From positions 1-34,585 of the forward strand of contig JBHLQH010000035.1 of NCBI GenBank assembly GCA_048884965.1: a DNA stretch of 34,585 bases. Reading direction: 5' to 3'. The stretch is from Candidatus Thorarchaeota archaeon. Its GTDB lineage: Archaea > Asgardarchaeota > Thorarchaeia > Thorarchaeales > Thorarchaeaceae. Positions 26,600 to 34,585 of this stretch are shown piece by piece. The notes below the pieces were generated by a model. The model saw only the letters and a list, made by a program, of their open reading frames with translations. It did no database searches and was not told the DNA's origin. Made by a program: the position numbers and the translations under genes. How positions within the stretch are numbered: position 1 is the stretch's first letter; every line of letters starts with the position of its first letter.

Positions 26600-27316
26600 T
26601 CACAGCTCCAGTTGAGCTTGAGCCTCAAGAGAGTCGTCGTCATCATTGATAAGTGGTGGCTTAAGAAGCTGAACCTGAATGATTCCTTCCTCATCCTCCC
26701 ATATATCAATGAACCTTCTTGCATAGAGATGCAGCAATGCGAAGAAGACGCGAACGATCTCTCGCCTAGTTCGATTCATCAGGATATCCATGAATTTAGC
26801 GATCTCTCCGACCTTCATTAGGCTTCGAAGGTCGTCAAGTACCTCTTCGATGTTCTCCTCAACGTCTGCCCTCTCAACTTCCATCTTAAAGGTGAGAGGA
26901 TCCGCTCGAGACCGTACTTTCTGCCGTGTTGGGCTGGCTCGTGAACGAACACCTTTGGTCAATACTCTGTCCATTGCAATGAGAAGCTCTTGGAGAGTCA
27001 CACGTCTATTCGTAAGTCTGAATGGAGGATGAATCATCGGGATCTCAAAATCATCATCGTCACTGACCTCCTCTGGTGGAAGAATTCCAAGCTCAACTAG
27101 GTCTCTAGTCTTCTTCATGAAGATGACCGAAGCCGAGTACAATGCATTACCCGAAACTCGGAAATCAATATCCCCGATACGCTTCATCTCTCTAAGGAAC
27201 GCGGCTACTAGCTTGCCTACGTCGATGTTCCATGGTTCTACCTTGTCAAGCTGCAGGACATCCGTCAACAAGATATACGGAGGTGTAGCCCAGAATGGAG
27301 AGTCATCATCGTTCAT
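26600..27316 (-). CDS. scpA: Kleisin ScpA
   Basis: EPWNIDV, SGNALYSASV, RRVTLQELL, and C-terminal FFALLHL; overlaps the smc stop. Confidence 0.9.
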   Translation of the reverse strand: MNDDDSPFWATPPYILLTDVLQLDKVEPWNIDVGKLVAAFLREMKRIGDIDFRVSGNALYSASVIFMKKTRDLVELGILPPEEVSDDDDFEIPMIHPPFRLTNRRVTLQELLIAMDRVLTKGVRSRASPTRQKVRSRADPLTFKMEVERADVEENIEEVLDDLRSLMKVGEIAKFMDILMNRTRREIVRVFFALLHLYARRFIDIWEDEEGIIQVQLLKPPLINDDDDSLEAQAQLEL

Positions 27317-30300
27317 GCTGATTCTGCTACCTCCTCCAAGTCAACAGAAAGAATCTTTGACAACCCATCATGACTTGATACCCCCAAGAGGAGATCTGCC
27401 TTTCTGAATGTCGGCTGTCTTAGCGAAACGACGATGAATTGCGATGACTTTGATAGTTCGGAGATAAGATTAGCTACATTATGTGCATTAACATCATCGA
27501 GGGCTGCATCAATCTCATCGAAGACATAGAAGCTTGCAGGACTATACATCTGAATGGCGAATATCAGAGCCAGACCTGTCAAGGTCTTCTCCCCGCCACT
27601 CATCGAATCCAAGCTGACAAGCTCTTTTCCTCTTGGCTTGGACCGGACAGTAATGCCTCCCATGAGCGGATGCTCAGGGTTCTCAAGCATCAATGTTGCC
27701 TCCCCTCCTGGGGATAGCTTTGCGAAGACCCGGGCGAAATTGTCAGCTATCTCGTTGTAAACGATGAGGAACTTCCTAGTCTTCTCTCTCTCCAGTTCTT
27801 CCATGAATGCAAGGATTTCCTTATGCTCTTCCTCGAGCTTTGTCTTCTTGTCGACAATCTCATCATATCTCAGTTTCTCTGCATCATAATCATCAAGCGA
27901 CTTGAGATTGACCGCACCAATCGCTTCTTGCTCTCGCTCAAGCTCCCTGATTTTCTCCTCAAGGTCCTCTATCTGTTTATAGGTCAATTCCTCTCTATTG
28001 ACACGGTTCGCAATCTCATCCTCGACCTCCGTCATAATGGAGAGTTCTGCAGTAAAAGCGACAAGATCTGTTTCGAGGCGTGACTGTTCGGTTTGAAGCC
28101 TATAGACTGATTTCTCATTCGAAGTCTGTGCCTCACGAATCTCCTCATGGCGTAGACGAAGGTTTCTCATCTCTTCCTTCAGCTGAAGTTGCTTTACCCT
28201 CTTGTCCTTGACTTCATCCTCGATCCTGTCCCGCTTTGACTTGAGTCCATCCAGACTTTCTTGTTTTTCATTGAAGAGTTCCTCAAGTCTGTTAACTTCA
28301 GCTTCTTGTCCAGGAAGGACAGTCAGTATCGATTGATAGCGTGTTTCCAACTCAACGGACTTGGGATTGAGTCTTTCCTCAAGTGCGACCTTGAGACCTG
28401 TAAGTTCTCCTGTTAGAGTTTCTCGTTCACGTTTATGGTGTTCAAGGACCTCTTTCAGATCCTTGATCTCTTGATTGAGCTGATTCGCATCAGACTTCAC
28501 GAGGGCTTCATTGGCTTCATCGCGCAATGACCTCACAGTCTCACGGTGCTCGCTCAGCTCAGTGTTTCTCTCGCGAAGACTGCTTACTTGGGTTTCTAGG
28601 GCTTCGATAGTCTTCTGCGCTATGGTAATCTTCTGTTGCAGTGCATTGATTCGCGATTCCTTTTCATTGAACTGCTCATCGAGCTTCTCGACTTCTAATC
28701 GCGTTCGATAGTTAGCTTGGGATAGCTTCTCGATCTCCCGTTCAAGGTCCTTTCGTCGGAGTGCGATCTCTTTCTGTTGCTCCCTCACGTCTGCAAGTAT
28801 CTCTTCTAGTCCTTCAAGGCGTTTTGCGATCTCTGGGCTGTTATCCTCGACCTGCAGTGAGAGGCCTGCGCCACTCTTCTGGAAATAGCCTCCTGTGACA
28901 AGACCTGTCGTTTCTACTAGGTCACCATCCAGTGATACTGCCCTGTACTTGCTAAAACCTATCTTTTTGGCAGTTTCAAAATCCTCTGTTACTACTGTAT
29001 CCTGAAAGACATATTGAAATGCTGGTTCGAATTTCAAGTCATAATCGACTAAATCTATTGCAAATCCAAGTACCCGCATATCCGATGGGAGCTTTCCTGT
29101 GGCTCGAGATTTGATTTTGTTCAGCGGAATGAATGAAACTCTTCCCGCACGCTCTCGCTTGAGTACATTGATGCACTTGGTGGCGACTTCCTCATCGTCC
29201 ACGACGACATGCGACAGTCTATTGCCTCCGGCAACCTCCATTGCGATGATATACTCAGGATCGATCTTTCCGAGTTCTGCTACTGTACCATAGATGCCTG
29301 CGATCTCTCCTGAGTCGCGAAGTTCTAGGACTCGTGAGATTGCTCTCCTTCTTTTGAGAAAAGCTTCCTCTGCATCCTTCAAAGCGTCTTGACGCGCCTG
29401 GATTCGAATGAGTTCTTCTCTTGTTTCACTAACGATACGAGCTGCTTCACTCGCTTCCCCATCCACCCGCACTTGGCGCGCCTCAAGGTCCTCTAGTTCA
29501 GCTCGTTTTGTTTCCTCGAGTTTATCACTTACTTCCAAAGCCTTCTTCTTCTCAGGTAGGCTGGCACGGAGTTCCTCAATGCCCTTCTGGGTTTCTTCGA
29601 GGTTCTGCTGGGAGTCCTGCACTTCCTCATACGCCATTCCCAACTCTCTACCATCGGTCTTTATCGCTGACCGGACCTCAGAAACGCCCTCGTCAAGTGC
29701 TATCATTTGATTATTCAAATCTTGTAATCGCTGCGCGGTTTCGTAGTAGTTAGCTTGCTCTCTCTCGAATTGCTCATCAAGTTTCTGAATATCTTGTTGA
29801 CATTCCTCTATCTCTTTGTCAAGCTTGGCAAGCTCACTTTCTTTCTCGCTCACCTTCGCTTCCGCACTCGTAGTCTGAGTCTGTACGAGTTCCTTCTCCT
29901 CGTCAATGACCTCTTTTTGTGCAAGGATCCGTTCAAGCTCATCCTTAGCACGCATCATCTCTGATTCAACATGACTGACAGCAGCGGATGCCTGTCCGTA
30001 CTCCTCAGATATTCTTGCGGAATCACCACCAGTTATCCTATCGATCTCCGCGTCAATATTCTCAATGTCCGCCTCAGTCTGGTCTTGTTTGCTCTCGACT
30101 TCCGCCAGTTCTCTGGCGAGCTGTTCCACCTCTTGTGCGCGTTCAGCAAGGGTCTCATTAATTGTGACAATTCTATTGCGACCTTTGAGTATCGTCCAAG
30201 CGAGGCGGTCAATCTCGATACGCTGAATCTCATTCTTCGCGCCCATGTATCTGAGGGCGTCCTCTCTCTCAAGCTCGAGCTTCTCCAACTGTCGGCGTCT

Positions 30301-30903
30301 TTCAATTAGTTGTGTTTCGACCTTTCCAAGATTGGTCTCACTCTCGGCAAGCTTTTTGAGAGCACGTTCCTTTTGCTCGTCGTAAGCTGAGATACCTGCT
30401 ATCTCTTCGATAAGCTTCCTTCTGTCAACCGGACTGACCTTGACCATCTGAGCAATCTCGCCCTGTAGTACCAGATTGTATCCGTTTGGATCGACACCAA
30501 TGCTTCCAAGGATGTCAAGCACTGCTTGTCGAGTTACTACCTTTCCATTTATTCTGCAGGTCGATTTTCCCGAGTCATCCAATTCTCTCTCGACGACAAC
30601 CTTGTCAGCATCTACTTGCAATTTCCTATCCTTGTTATTGAAATGTAGCTCGACGATCGCGGACTTGGCTTTCGGAGGCATGTCTGGTTTTGGAGGGGAG
30701 TATAGGAGGTCTGAGAAGACATTGGCTCGTAGAGTCTTTGCACTGAGTTGTCCTAGCACGAAAAGAATTGCATCTATGACATTCGACTTGCCAGATCCGT
30801 TGGGTCCGACTATACAGGTAAAACCACGGTTCATCCTGACAGTTACAGCATCTCGTCCAAATGACTTGAAGCCCCTGCAGACTAGCTTCTCAATATGGAC
30901 CAA
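27313..30903 (-). CDS. smc: Chromosome segregation protein SMC
   Basis: GFKSFG, Walker A GPNGSGKSN, Q-loop VLQGEI, coiled coils, hinge GIYGTVAELG..GRVSFIPLNKI..GLVTGG, signature MSGGEK, Walker B FDEIDAALD. Confidence 0.98.
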   Translation of the reverse strand: MVHIEKLVCRGFKSFGRDAVTVRMNRGFTCIVGPNGSGKSNVIDAILFVLGQLSAKTLRANVFSDLLYSPPKPDMPPKAKSAIVELHFNNKDRKLQVDADKVVVERELDDSGKSTCRINGKVVTRQAVLDILGSIGVDPNGYNLVLQGEIAQMVKVSPVDRRKLIEEIAGISAYDEQKERALKKLAESETNLGKVETQLIERRRQLEKLELEREDALRYMGAKNEIQRIEIDRLAWTILKGRNRIVTINETLAERAQEVEQLARELAEVESKQDQTEADIENIDAEIDRITGGDSARISEEYGQASAAVSHVESEMMRAKDELERILAQKEVIDEEKELVQTQTTSAEAKVSEKESELAKLDKEIEECQQDIQKLDEQFEREQANYYETAQRLQDLNNQMIALDEGVSEVRSAIKTDGRELGMAYEEVQDSQQNLEETQKGIEELRASLPEKKKALEVSDKLEETKRAELEDLEARQVRVDGEASEAARIVSETREELIRIQARQDALKDAEEAFLKRRRAISRVLELRDSGEIAGIYGTVAELGKIDPEYIIAMEVAGGNRLSHVVVDDEEVATKCINVLKRERAGRVSFIPLNKIKSRATGKLPSDMRVLGFAIDLVDYDLKFEPAFQYVFQDTVVTEDFETAKKIGFSKYRAVSLDGDLVETTGLVTGGYFQKSGAGLSLQVEDNSPEIAKRLEGLEEILADVREQQKEIALRRKDLEREIEKLSQANYRTRLEVEKLDEQFNEKESRINALQQKITIAQKTIEALETQVSSLRERNTELSEHRETVRSLRDEANEALVKSDANQLNQEIKDLKEVLEHHKRERETLTGELTGLKVALEERLNPKSVELETRYQSILTVLPGQEAEVNRLEELFNEKQESLDGLKSKRDRIEDEVKDKRVKQLQLKEEMRNLRLRHEEIREAQTSNEKSVYRLQTEQSRLETDLVAFTAELSIMTEVEDEIANRVNREELTYKQIEDLEEKIRELEREQEAIGAVNLKSLDDYDAEKLRYDEIVDKKTKLEEEHKEILAFMEELEREKTRKFLIVYNEIADNFARVFAKLSPGGEATLMLENPEHPLMGGITVRSKPRGKELVSLDSMSGGEKTLTGLALIFAIQMYSPASFYVFDEIDAALDDVNAHNVANLISELSKSSQFIVVSLRQPTFRKADLLLGVSSHDGLSKILSVDLEEVAESA

Positions 30904-30985
30904 GATGTTTTCCCTTCCGTTTACTCAACTAACAGCATTTGGCGTGTCTGTCATATCTGGGGGATACAGACTCCTAAATATCGTT

Positions 30986-31024
30986 GGTATGACCTAGGTA
31001 ATACCAGAGCTATATCTAGATATA
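30986..31024. promoter_or_regulatory. Two adjacent CTAG-centred palindromes upstream of smc
   Basis: GGTATGACCTAGGTAATACC (30986-31005, one mismatch) and TATATCTAGATATA (31011-31024, perfect). Confidence 0.35.
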
Positions 31025-31087
31025 CCTCCCAGTATTGAAAATTTACCAGAGAAGGCTAAAAAAGGATAACTCTGGTGGCCTTTTTGC

Positions 31088-31453
31088 CTATCCGACCATA
31101 GAAACGAGGGCGCGCTTTAGCGCCATCCGGATAAGACCGGCTTGTTCTCGAGCACCTTCTCCTGCTATACCTGCTAGGACCATCTTGACATCTCCAAGAA
31201 TGAAGACATAACCTTCCTCAGCTGCGATGGTCAGCTCCTTCAGACCTCCCATATCGATTCCTGCTGTCAGTTGGGATGAGTTCGCTGAGATTTTCACAAC
31301 TAGTTTTGCAACATCTGAATGCTTGATGCCTTCAGATATCGTGTGGGCGAAGATAACTTCCCCTTTCGCGTCACAAACAACGATTCCTTGAATGTCCGCG
31401 TGTGCCGCCATTGTTTCACTGACGATCTGTTCAATCTTAGCTGTGTCAACCAT
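31088..31453 (-). CDS. Roadblock/LC7 domain protein
   Basis: Helix, IQGIVVCDAKGEVI, helix, ELTIAAEEGYVFI beta strands, then AGLIRMALKRA: roadblock topology. Confidence 0.82.
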   Translation of the reverse strand: MVDTAKIEQIVSETMAAHADIQGIVVCDAKGEVIFAHTISEGIKHSDVAKLVVKISANSSQLTAGIDMGGLKELTIAAEEGYVFILGDVKMVLAGIAGEGAREQAGLIRMALKRALVSMVG

Positions 31454-31630
31454 TTCGTTTACCCCTTGGAGGTCTCTATCATTGTGATACTCTTGACCGG
31501 TTTAAATATTGCTCTTTATCATGCAACCGCTTGATATCACGAATAATCCCTAGTGGTATGGGAAAATCATAGAACTACTTAATACCTTTCACGTAGAAGA
31601 CCGCCCAACCAATTTTGGGGGTATCAAGAG

Positions 31631-33259
31631 ATGCCTATGTTGAGAACTAGCTCAGAGTCTTTTCCAGCATCAAAGAAGATGATGAGCGATATACCGTACG
31701 TCCTTCGTGTCGGTTTTGGTGACCTTGGGAGCGACGTAACGAAGATTGTAGGATTGCCTATCGCATGTCAAAAATGTGGTGGCTTCCTCATTAGTGTAGA
31801 TCAGGTAAATGATGATGAGAAAGTCGGAAAGCACTTTACCTGTGCGTTTTGCGGAACATTGAATATTATCGGGGGAGAGGTCATTCTTGCTGGAAATGAC
31901 ACCGACTTCGTGATTAAATCCCCTCCAGACACGACCCAAACCGGTACAGACACGGTTACTGTTGGAGGAAAATCATTCCTTGCATTGATCGACGTTTCTG
32001 GATCCATGGCTGGAGCCAATCTGTCAGCTGTGAAAAGGAGTCTGAACACATCCATCGACAGCTTGGCTGCCAACTCACCTGACACTTTCTTTGGACTAAT
32101 AGAGTTCGAAAGTAGTGTTCATTATCGTGACTTGGAAAGCGGGAGTGGCGTTCAGCTACCCTACGAATCATTTCCAAGCTACGATAAGATCGTTGAGGAG
32201 ACAAAGAAGCTGCTTGACAAGATCAAGCTGGTTCCAGTAGGAAAGCACTCTGACAAGCTAAAGAAACATGTAGATACCTTGCGTGATCAAGGAGGTACAG
32301 CATTAGGCCCTGCAGTAGCCATGGCTTCTGTTATTGCCAAGCATAGAAATGTCGGACGTGTCGTTCTTCTGACTGATGGTCTTGCGAATGAAGGAATTGG
32401 CGCCCTTGAAGGGTATCAGGTCACTCCGGCCAATGCGTTCTATGAGGACTTAGGCAAGAGATTCATGGATCTCGGCTCTGCAGTGGATGTCGTAGGTATT
32501 GCTTCTGGAGCAGGCATGGAGCTGAAGACCCTTGGACTATTGGCTGAGGCCACAGGTGGTCAGATGTACTATGTCACTCCCAACGAGCTTGATAGAAGCA
32601 TCTCAGAGCTTGCTGGTGCTCGACTTCTCGGCAGGGATGTACAGGTCAAGTTGATCACTCCTAAGGGAATCAAGGTCAAGGACGCATCTGGAGTATCCCG
32701 TGCTGTTATAGATGATCTTACCAAGAATAAGGAGAGTAAGATCGGTGTGGTCGGAGCGGACCATGAGCTCTACTTCGAGGTCGAACCAGAGAGCGAGATC
32801 AAGGAATCTGAGGTGCCCATTCAAGTACAGGTCGAGTATACCGATGAGGAAGGTGCCCGCAGAGTTCGTGCAGTTACGACCACGCTCAAGGTATCCAAGA
32901 GTGAGGATGAGGTCCTAGAAACCCTCGACCCAACTCTGGGAGCCACTTTCGTCACCCAAAAGGCTGGCGAGGAATCCTTCTCAGGTGATAGGAAGAAGGG
33001 CAAGAAGCGCATTGCTGCCTTCAGGTCGGCCATGAAGGAGTATGCCAAGGACGCTCCTGAGGAAACTCAGGCAATGTACGATAAGACCGAAAAGGCCCTT
33101 GAAGCTGAAGAGAATGAGATGGATCGTCTGGAAGAGATGATGGATGCTGAGCCTTCTATGGCACCATCCGCTGCAGCTGATGAAGCCTTCACCAAGGGCT
33201 TGGCACAGATGCGAAAGAGCTCCAAACAAATGTTCGAAGAAGAAGAAGAGGACGAGTAA
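31631..33259 (+). CDS. Sec23/Sec24-like protein (Zn finger, vWA trunk, beta-sandwich, short helical region)
   Basis: CQKCGG..FTCAFCGTLN Zn finger; IDVSGSM MIDAS, GGTALGPA, LLTDGLAN; QVEYTDEEGARRVRAVT (cf. Sec23/24 Y...GxRRIRVxT); acidic tail. Confidence 0.82.
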   Translation: MPMLRTSSESFPASKKMMSDIPYVLRVGFGDLGSDVTKIVGLPIACQKCGGFLISVDQVNDDEKVGKHFTCAFCGTLNIIGGEVILAGNDTDFVIKSPPDTTQTGTDTVTVGGKSFLALIDVSGSMAGANLSAVKRSLNTSIDSLAANSPDTFFGLIEFESSVHYRDLESGSGVQLPYESFPSYDKIVEETKKLLDKIKLVPVGKHSDKLKKHVDTLRDQGGTALGPAVAMASVIAKHRNVGRVVLLTDGLANEGIGALEGYQVTPANAFYEDLGKRFMDLGSAVDVVGIASGAGMELKTLGLLAEATGGQMYYVTPNELDRSISELAGARLLGRDVQVKLITPKGIKVKDASGVSRAVIDDLTKNKESKIGVVGADHELYFEVEPESEIKESEVPIQVQVEYTDEEGARRVRAVTTTLKVSKSEDEVLETLDPTLGATFVTQKAGEESFSGDRKKGKKRIAAFRSAMKEYAKDAPEETQAMYDKTEKALEAEENEMDRLEEMMDAEPSMAPSAAADEAFTKGLAQMRKSSKQMFEEEEEDE

Positions 33260-33271
33260 TAGTTCTCTACT

Positions 33272-33316
33272 TGAGTGACGTACATAACGTCACTCATTTC
33301 ATTTTTTGTTATTTTC
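33272..33316 (+). terminator. Hairpin terminator after the Sec23/24-like gene
   Basis: TGAGTGACGT-ACATA-ACGTCACTCA (perfect 10-bp stem) followed by TTTCATTTTTTGTTATTTT. Confidence 0.7.
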
Positions 33317-33468
33317 CAGTCTTTCAATCACGATTGCACGTAATACAAGGTTATAACAGAATGCGCAAAAACGTATACTTGTGCTGAATTCATATCCGCA
33401 ACTCTAAAATAGTCACGCGAGGCGTAGAGTTTGCGAATTGCACAAGATTGCAGCGGGGATTCCCTAGT

Positions 33469-33768
33469 TTGATAAGTCAAGATAAACTTCAAGCGATTCT
33501 TCAGAGGCTTAGGGCACAAGAAGGTGTCCGAGGAGTCGTAGTTACAACAATGGAAGGATTGCCTCTCAGTAGTGACATAGACCCAGACACCACAGAATCT
33601 GTTGCTGCGATCATAACCTCCTTGGTCGGCAAGGCGCTTGATGCCGTGCGTGAACTCAAGGAAGGTTCGCTATCGTTCCTGACCCTGGACACAACCAAGG
33701 GACAGATAAACATCGCACCGGAACCCAAAGAGGGAGTAATCCTGGTAGTCTTAAAGGATAACGAATGA
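33469..33768 (+). CDS. Roadblock/LC7 domain protein
   Basis: LQAILQRL..EGVRGVVVTTMEGLPL..ESVAAIITSL..LTLDTTKGQINIAP..ILVVL, a classic LC7/roadblock pattern. Probable TTG start at 33469. Confidence 0.9.
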   Translation: MISQDKLQAILQRLRAQEGVRGVVVTTMEGLPLSSDIDPDTTESVAAIITSLVGKALDAVRELKEGSLSFLTLDTTKGQINIAPEPKEGVILVVLKDNE

Positions 33769-33781
33769 AGGAGAAACGAAA

Positions 33782-34243
33782 ATGTCGGAACCCAAGGTAT
33801 TTGATAAAATATTGACTGAAATAATCAGGCAGGATCGAGGAATTAAGAAAGTCATCCTCGTCGACAAGACTGGCCTGACCATCGCTAACGTCAGTAAGCT
33901 TTCTGCCTTCGTCGTTGATACGGACAGCATTGGTGCGATCGCGAGTGCTGTGTTCTGTGCAAGTGAAGAGCAGGGCAAGAACCTTCAGATAGGTGAGCTT
34001 GAGATAGTGACCTCTGAGTTCTCTGAAGGAAAGATCTTTGCATCTGCTTGCGGAAAGGGTGTGCTCTGTGTCGTGTCTGAGGCTGAGGTCAATATTGGTA
34101 TGATCCGCCTCGTCATGAAGAAGCAGGGTGTACAGCTTGCGGATGAACTTGACAAGTTTCTCGCAGTTGAGCCTTCACCTGGTAAAGACGAGCTTGACGA
34201 AGAGGACCTGAAGTCTGCGCTCGAAGAGCTCGAGAGAGTGTAG
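33782..34243 (+). CDS. Roadblock protein, MglB-like, with acidic C-terminal helix
   Basis: VILVDKTGLTI, DTDSIGAIASA, NIGMIRLVMKK (cf. MglB lGlvRl..K), then tail ELDEEDLKSALEELERV. GGAG RBS. Confidence 0.85.
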   Translation: MSEPKVFDKILTEIIRQDRGIKKVILVDKTGLTIANVSKLSAFVVDTDSIGAIASAVFCASEEQGKNLQIGELEIVTSEFSEGKIFASACGKGVLCVVSEAEVNIGMIRLVMKKQGVQLADELDKFLAVEPSPGKDELDEEDLKSALEELERV

Positions 34244-34427
34244 AGTCCTCATACTCTACAAAACTCCCTCTAACAATACCTGTGTATGCTCAAGCAAGGC
34301 TTTTATGAGATTGGACTTCTAAGACTCTCAACCTCCCTATGCAGGGCTGGGACCCAGAGCAGCTCGCTGCCCCGGTGTGCTGTGAGAATGAACCGATAGT
34401 AACTGCGATTCAAAGAGGTGCTATAAC

Positions 34428-34585
34428 GTGCGCAAAGATGACAAGGGACGTATTCATCTGAAGCTGGTCTTCTACGGACCATCACTCGGTGGTAAAACCA
34501 CGGCTTTGAGATGGCTTTACGGGAAAGTAGAGGGTCTCCAAAAGGGTGAGTTCACAGCTATAGAAGATGAAACGAACAGAACGCT
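34428..34585 (+). CDS. MglA-like small GTPase, 5' part only (runs off the window)
   Basis: GTG start after GAGGTG; my translation is MRKDDKGRIHLKLVFYGPSLGGKTTALRWLYGKVEGLQKGEFTAIEDETNRT(L), with G1 GxxxxGKT and an MglA-type E.xRTL switch I. Absent from the ORF track. Confidence 0.85.
   Translation, partial: MRKDDKGRIHLKLVFYGPSLGGKTTALRWLYGKVEGLQKGEFTAIEDETNRT

Noticed and set aside
27313-30903. SMC as a Wadjet/JetC or Rad50-type defence or repair ATPase
   Set aside because: It has a canonical hinge and adjacent scpA/scpB, with no JetD or Mre11; this is a housekeeping condensin.
27481-30997. Many short plus-strand ORFs within smc (similar ones occur within tfrAB, rqcH and pyrC)
   Set aside because: Antisense or out-of-frame shadows of well-supported genes.
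34303-34485. 60-aa minus-strand ORF
   Set aside because: It overlaps the motif-supported GTPase on the plus strand and has no recognisable features.
1-34585. CRISPR arrays, IS elements, integrases, rRNA, selenoprotein read-through
   Set aside because: No regularly spaced repeats, transposase/integrase motifs or rRNA-like stretches were seen. Cys motifs in the redox proteins are intact, with no in-frame TGA noticed.

Overview
Archaeal chromosomal window, most consistent with an Asgard archaeon (Thorarchaeota-like; this is inferred from gene content). It is mostly housekeeping: a divergent Prs-like protein, a ZIP transporter, tRNA-Ile2(CAT) with a non-canonical intron, tRNA-Glu, a minus-strand run rqcH-CBS-CBS-pyrC-AMMECR1-nadC, an EMC6-like membrane protein, Lrp and KaiC-like genes, an A24 peptidase, two-subunit class I fumarase, soluble thiol:fumarate reductase TfrAB, hypA/rps8e/hypE and smc-scpA-scpB. 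The most striking part is the right end (31088-34585). There a Sec23/Sec24-like protein (Zn finger, vWA, beta-sandwich) sits among three roadblock/LC7 genes, one of them MglB-like, followed by an MglA-like small GTPase that the ORF track missed and the window edge truncates. This is a candidate proto-coat/GTPase-switch module. Other items of note are a SHOCT-PCI-Zn-ribbon protein, a CTG start codon for hypA, small membrane ORFs below the ORF-track cutoff, and several palindromic operators and hairpin terminators. No CRISPR array, transposase or integrase was seen. All family assignments come from motif recognition by eye; no database search was run.
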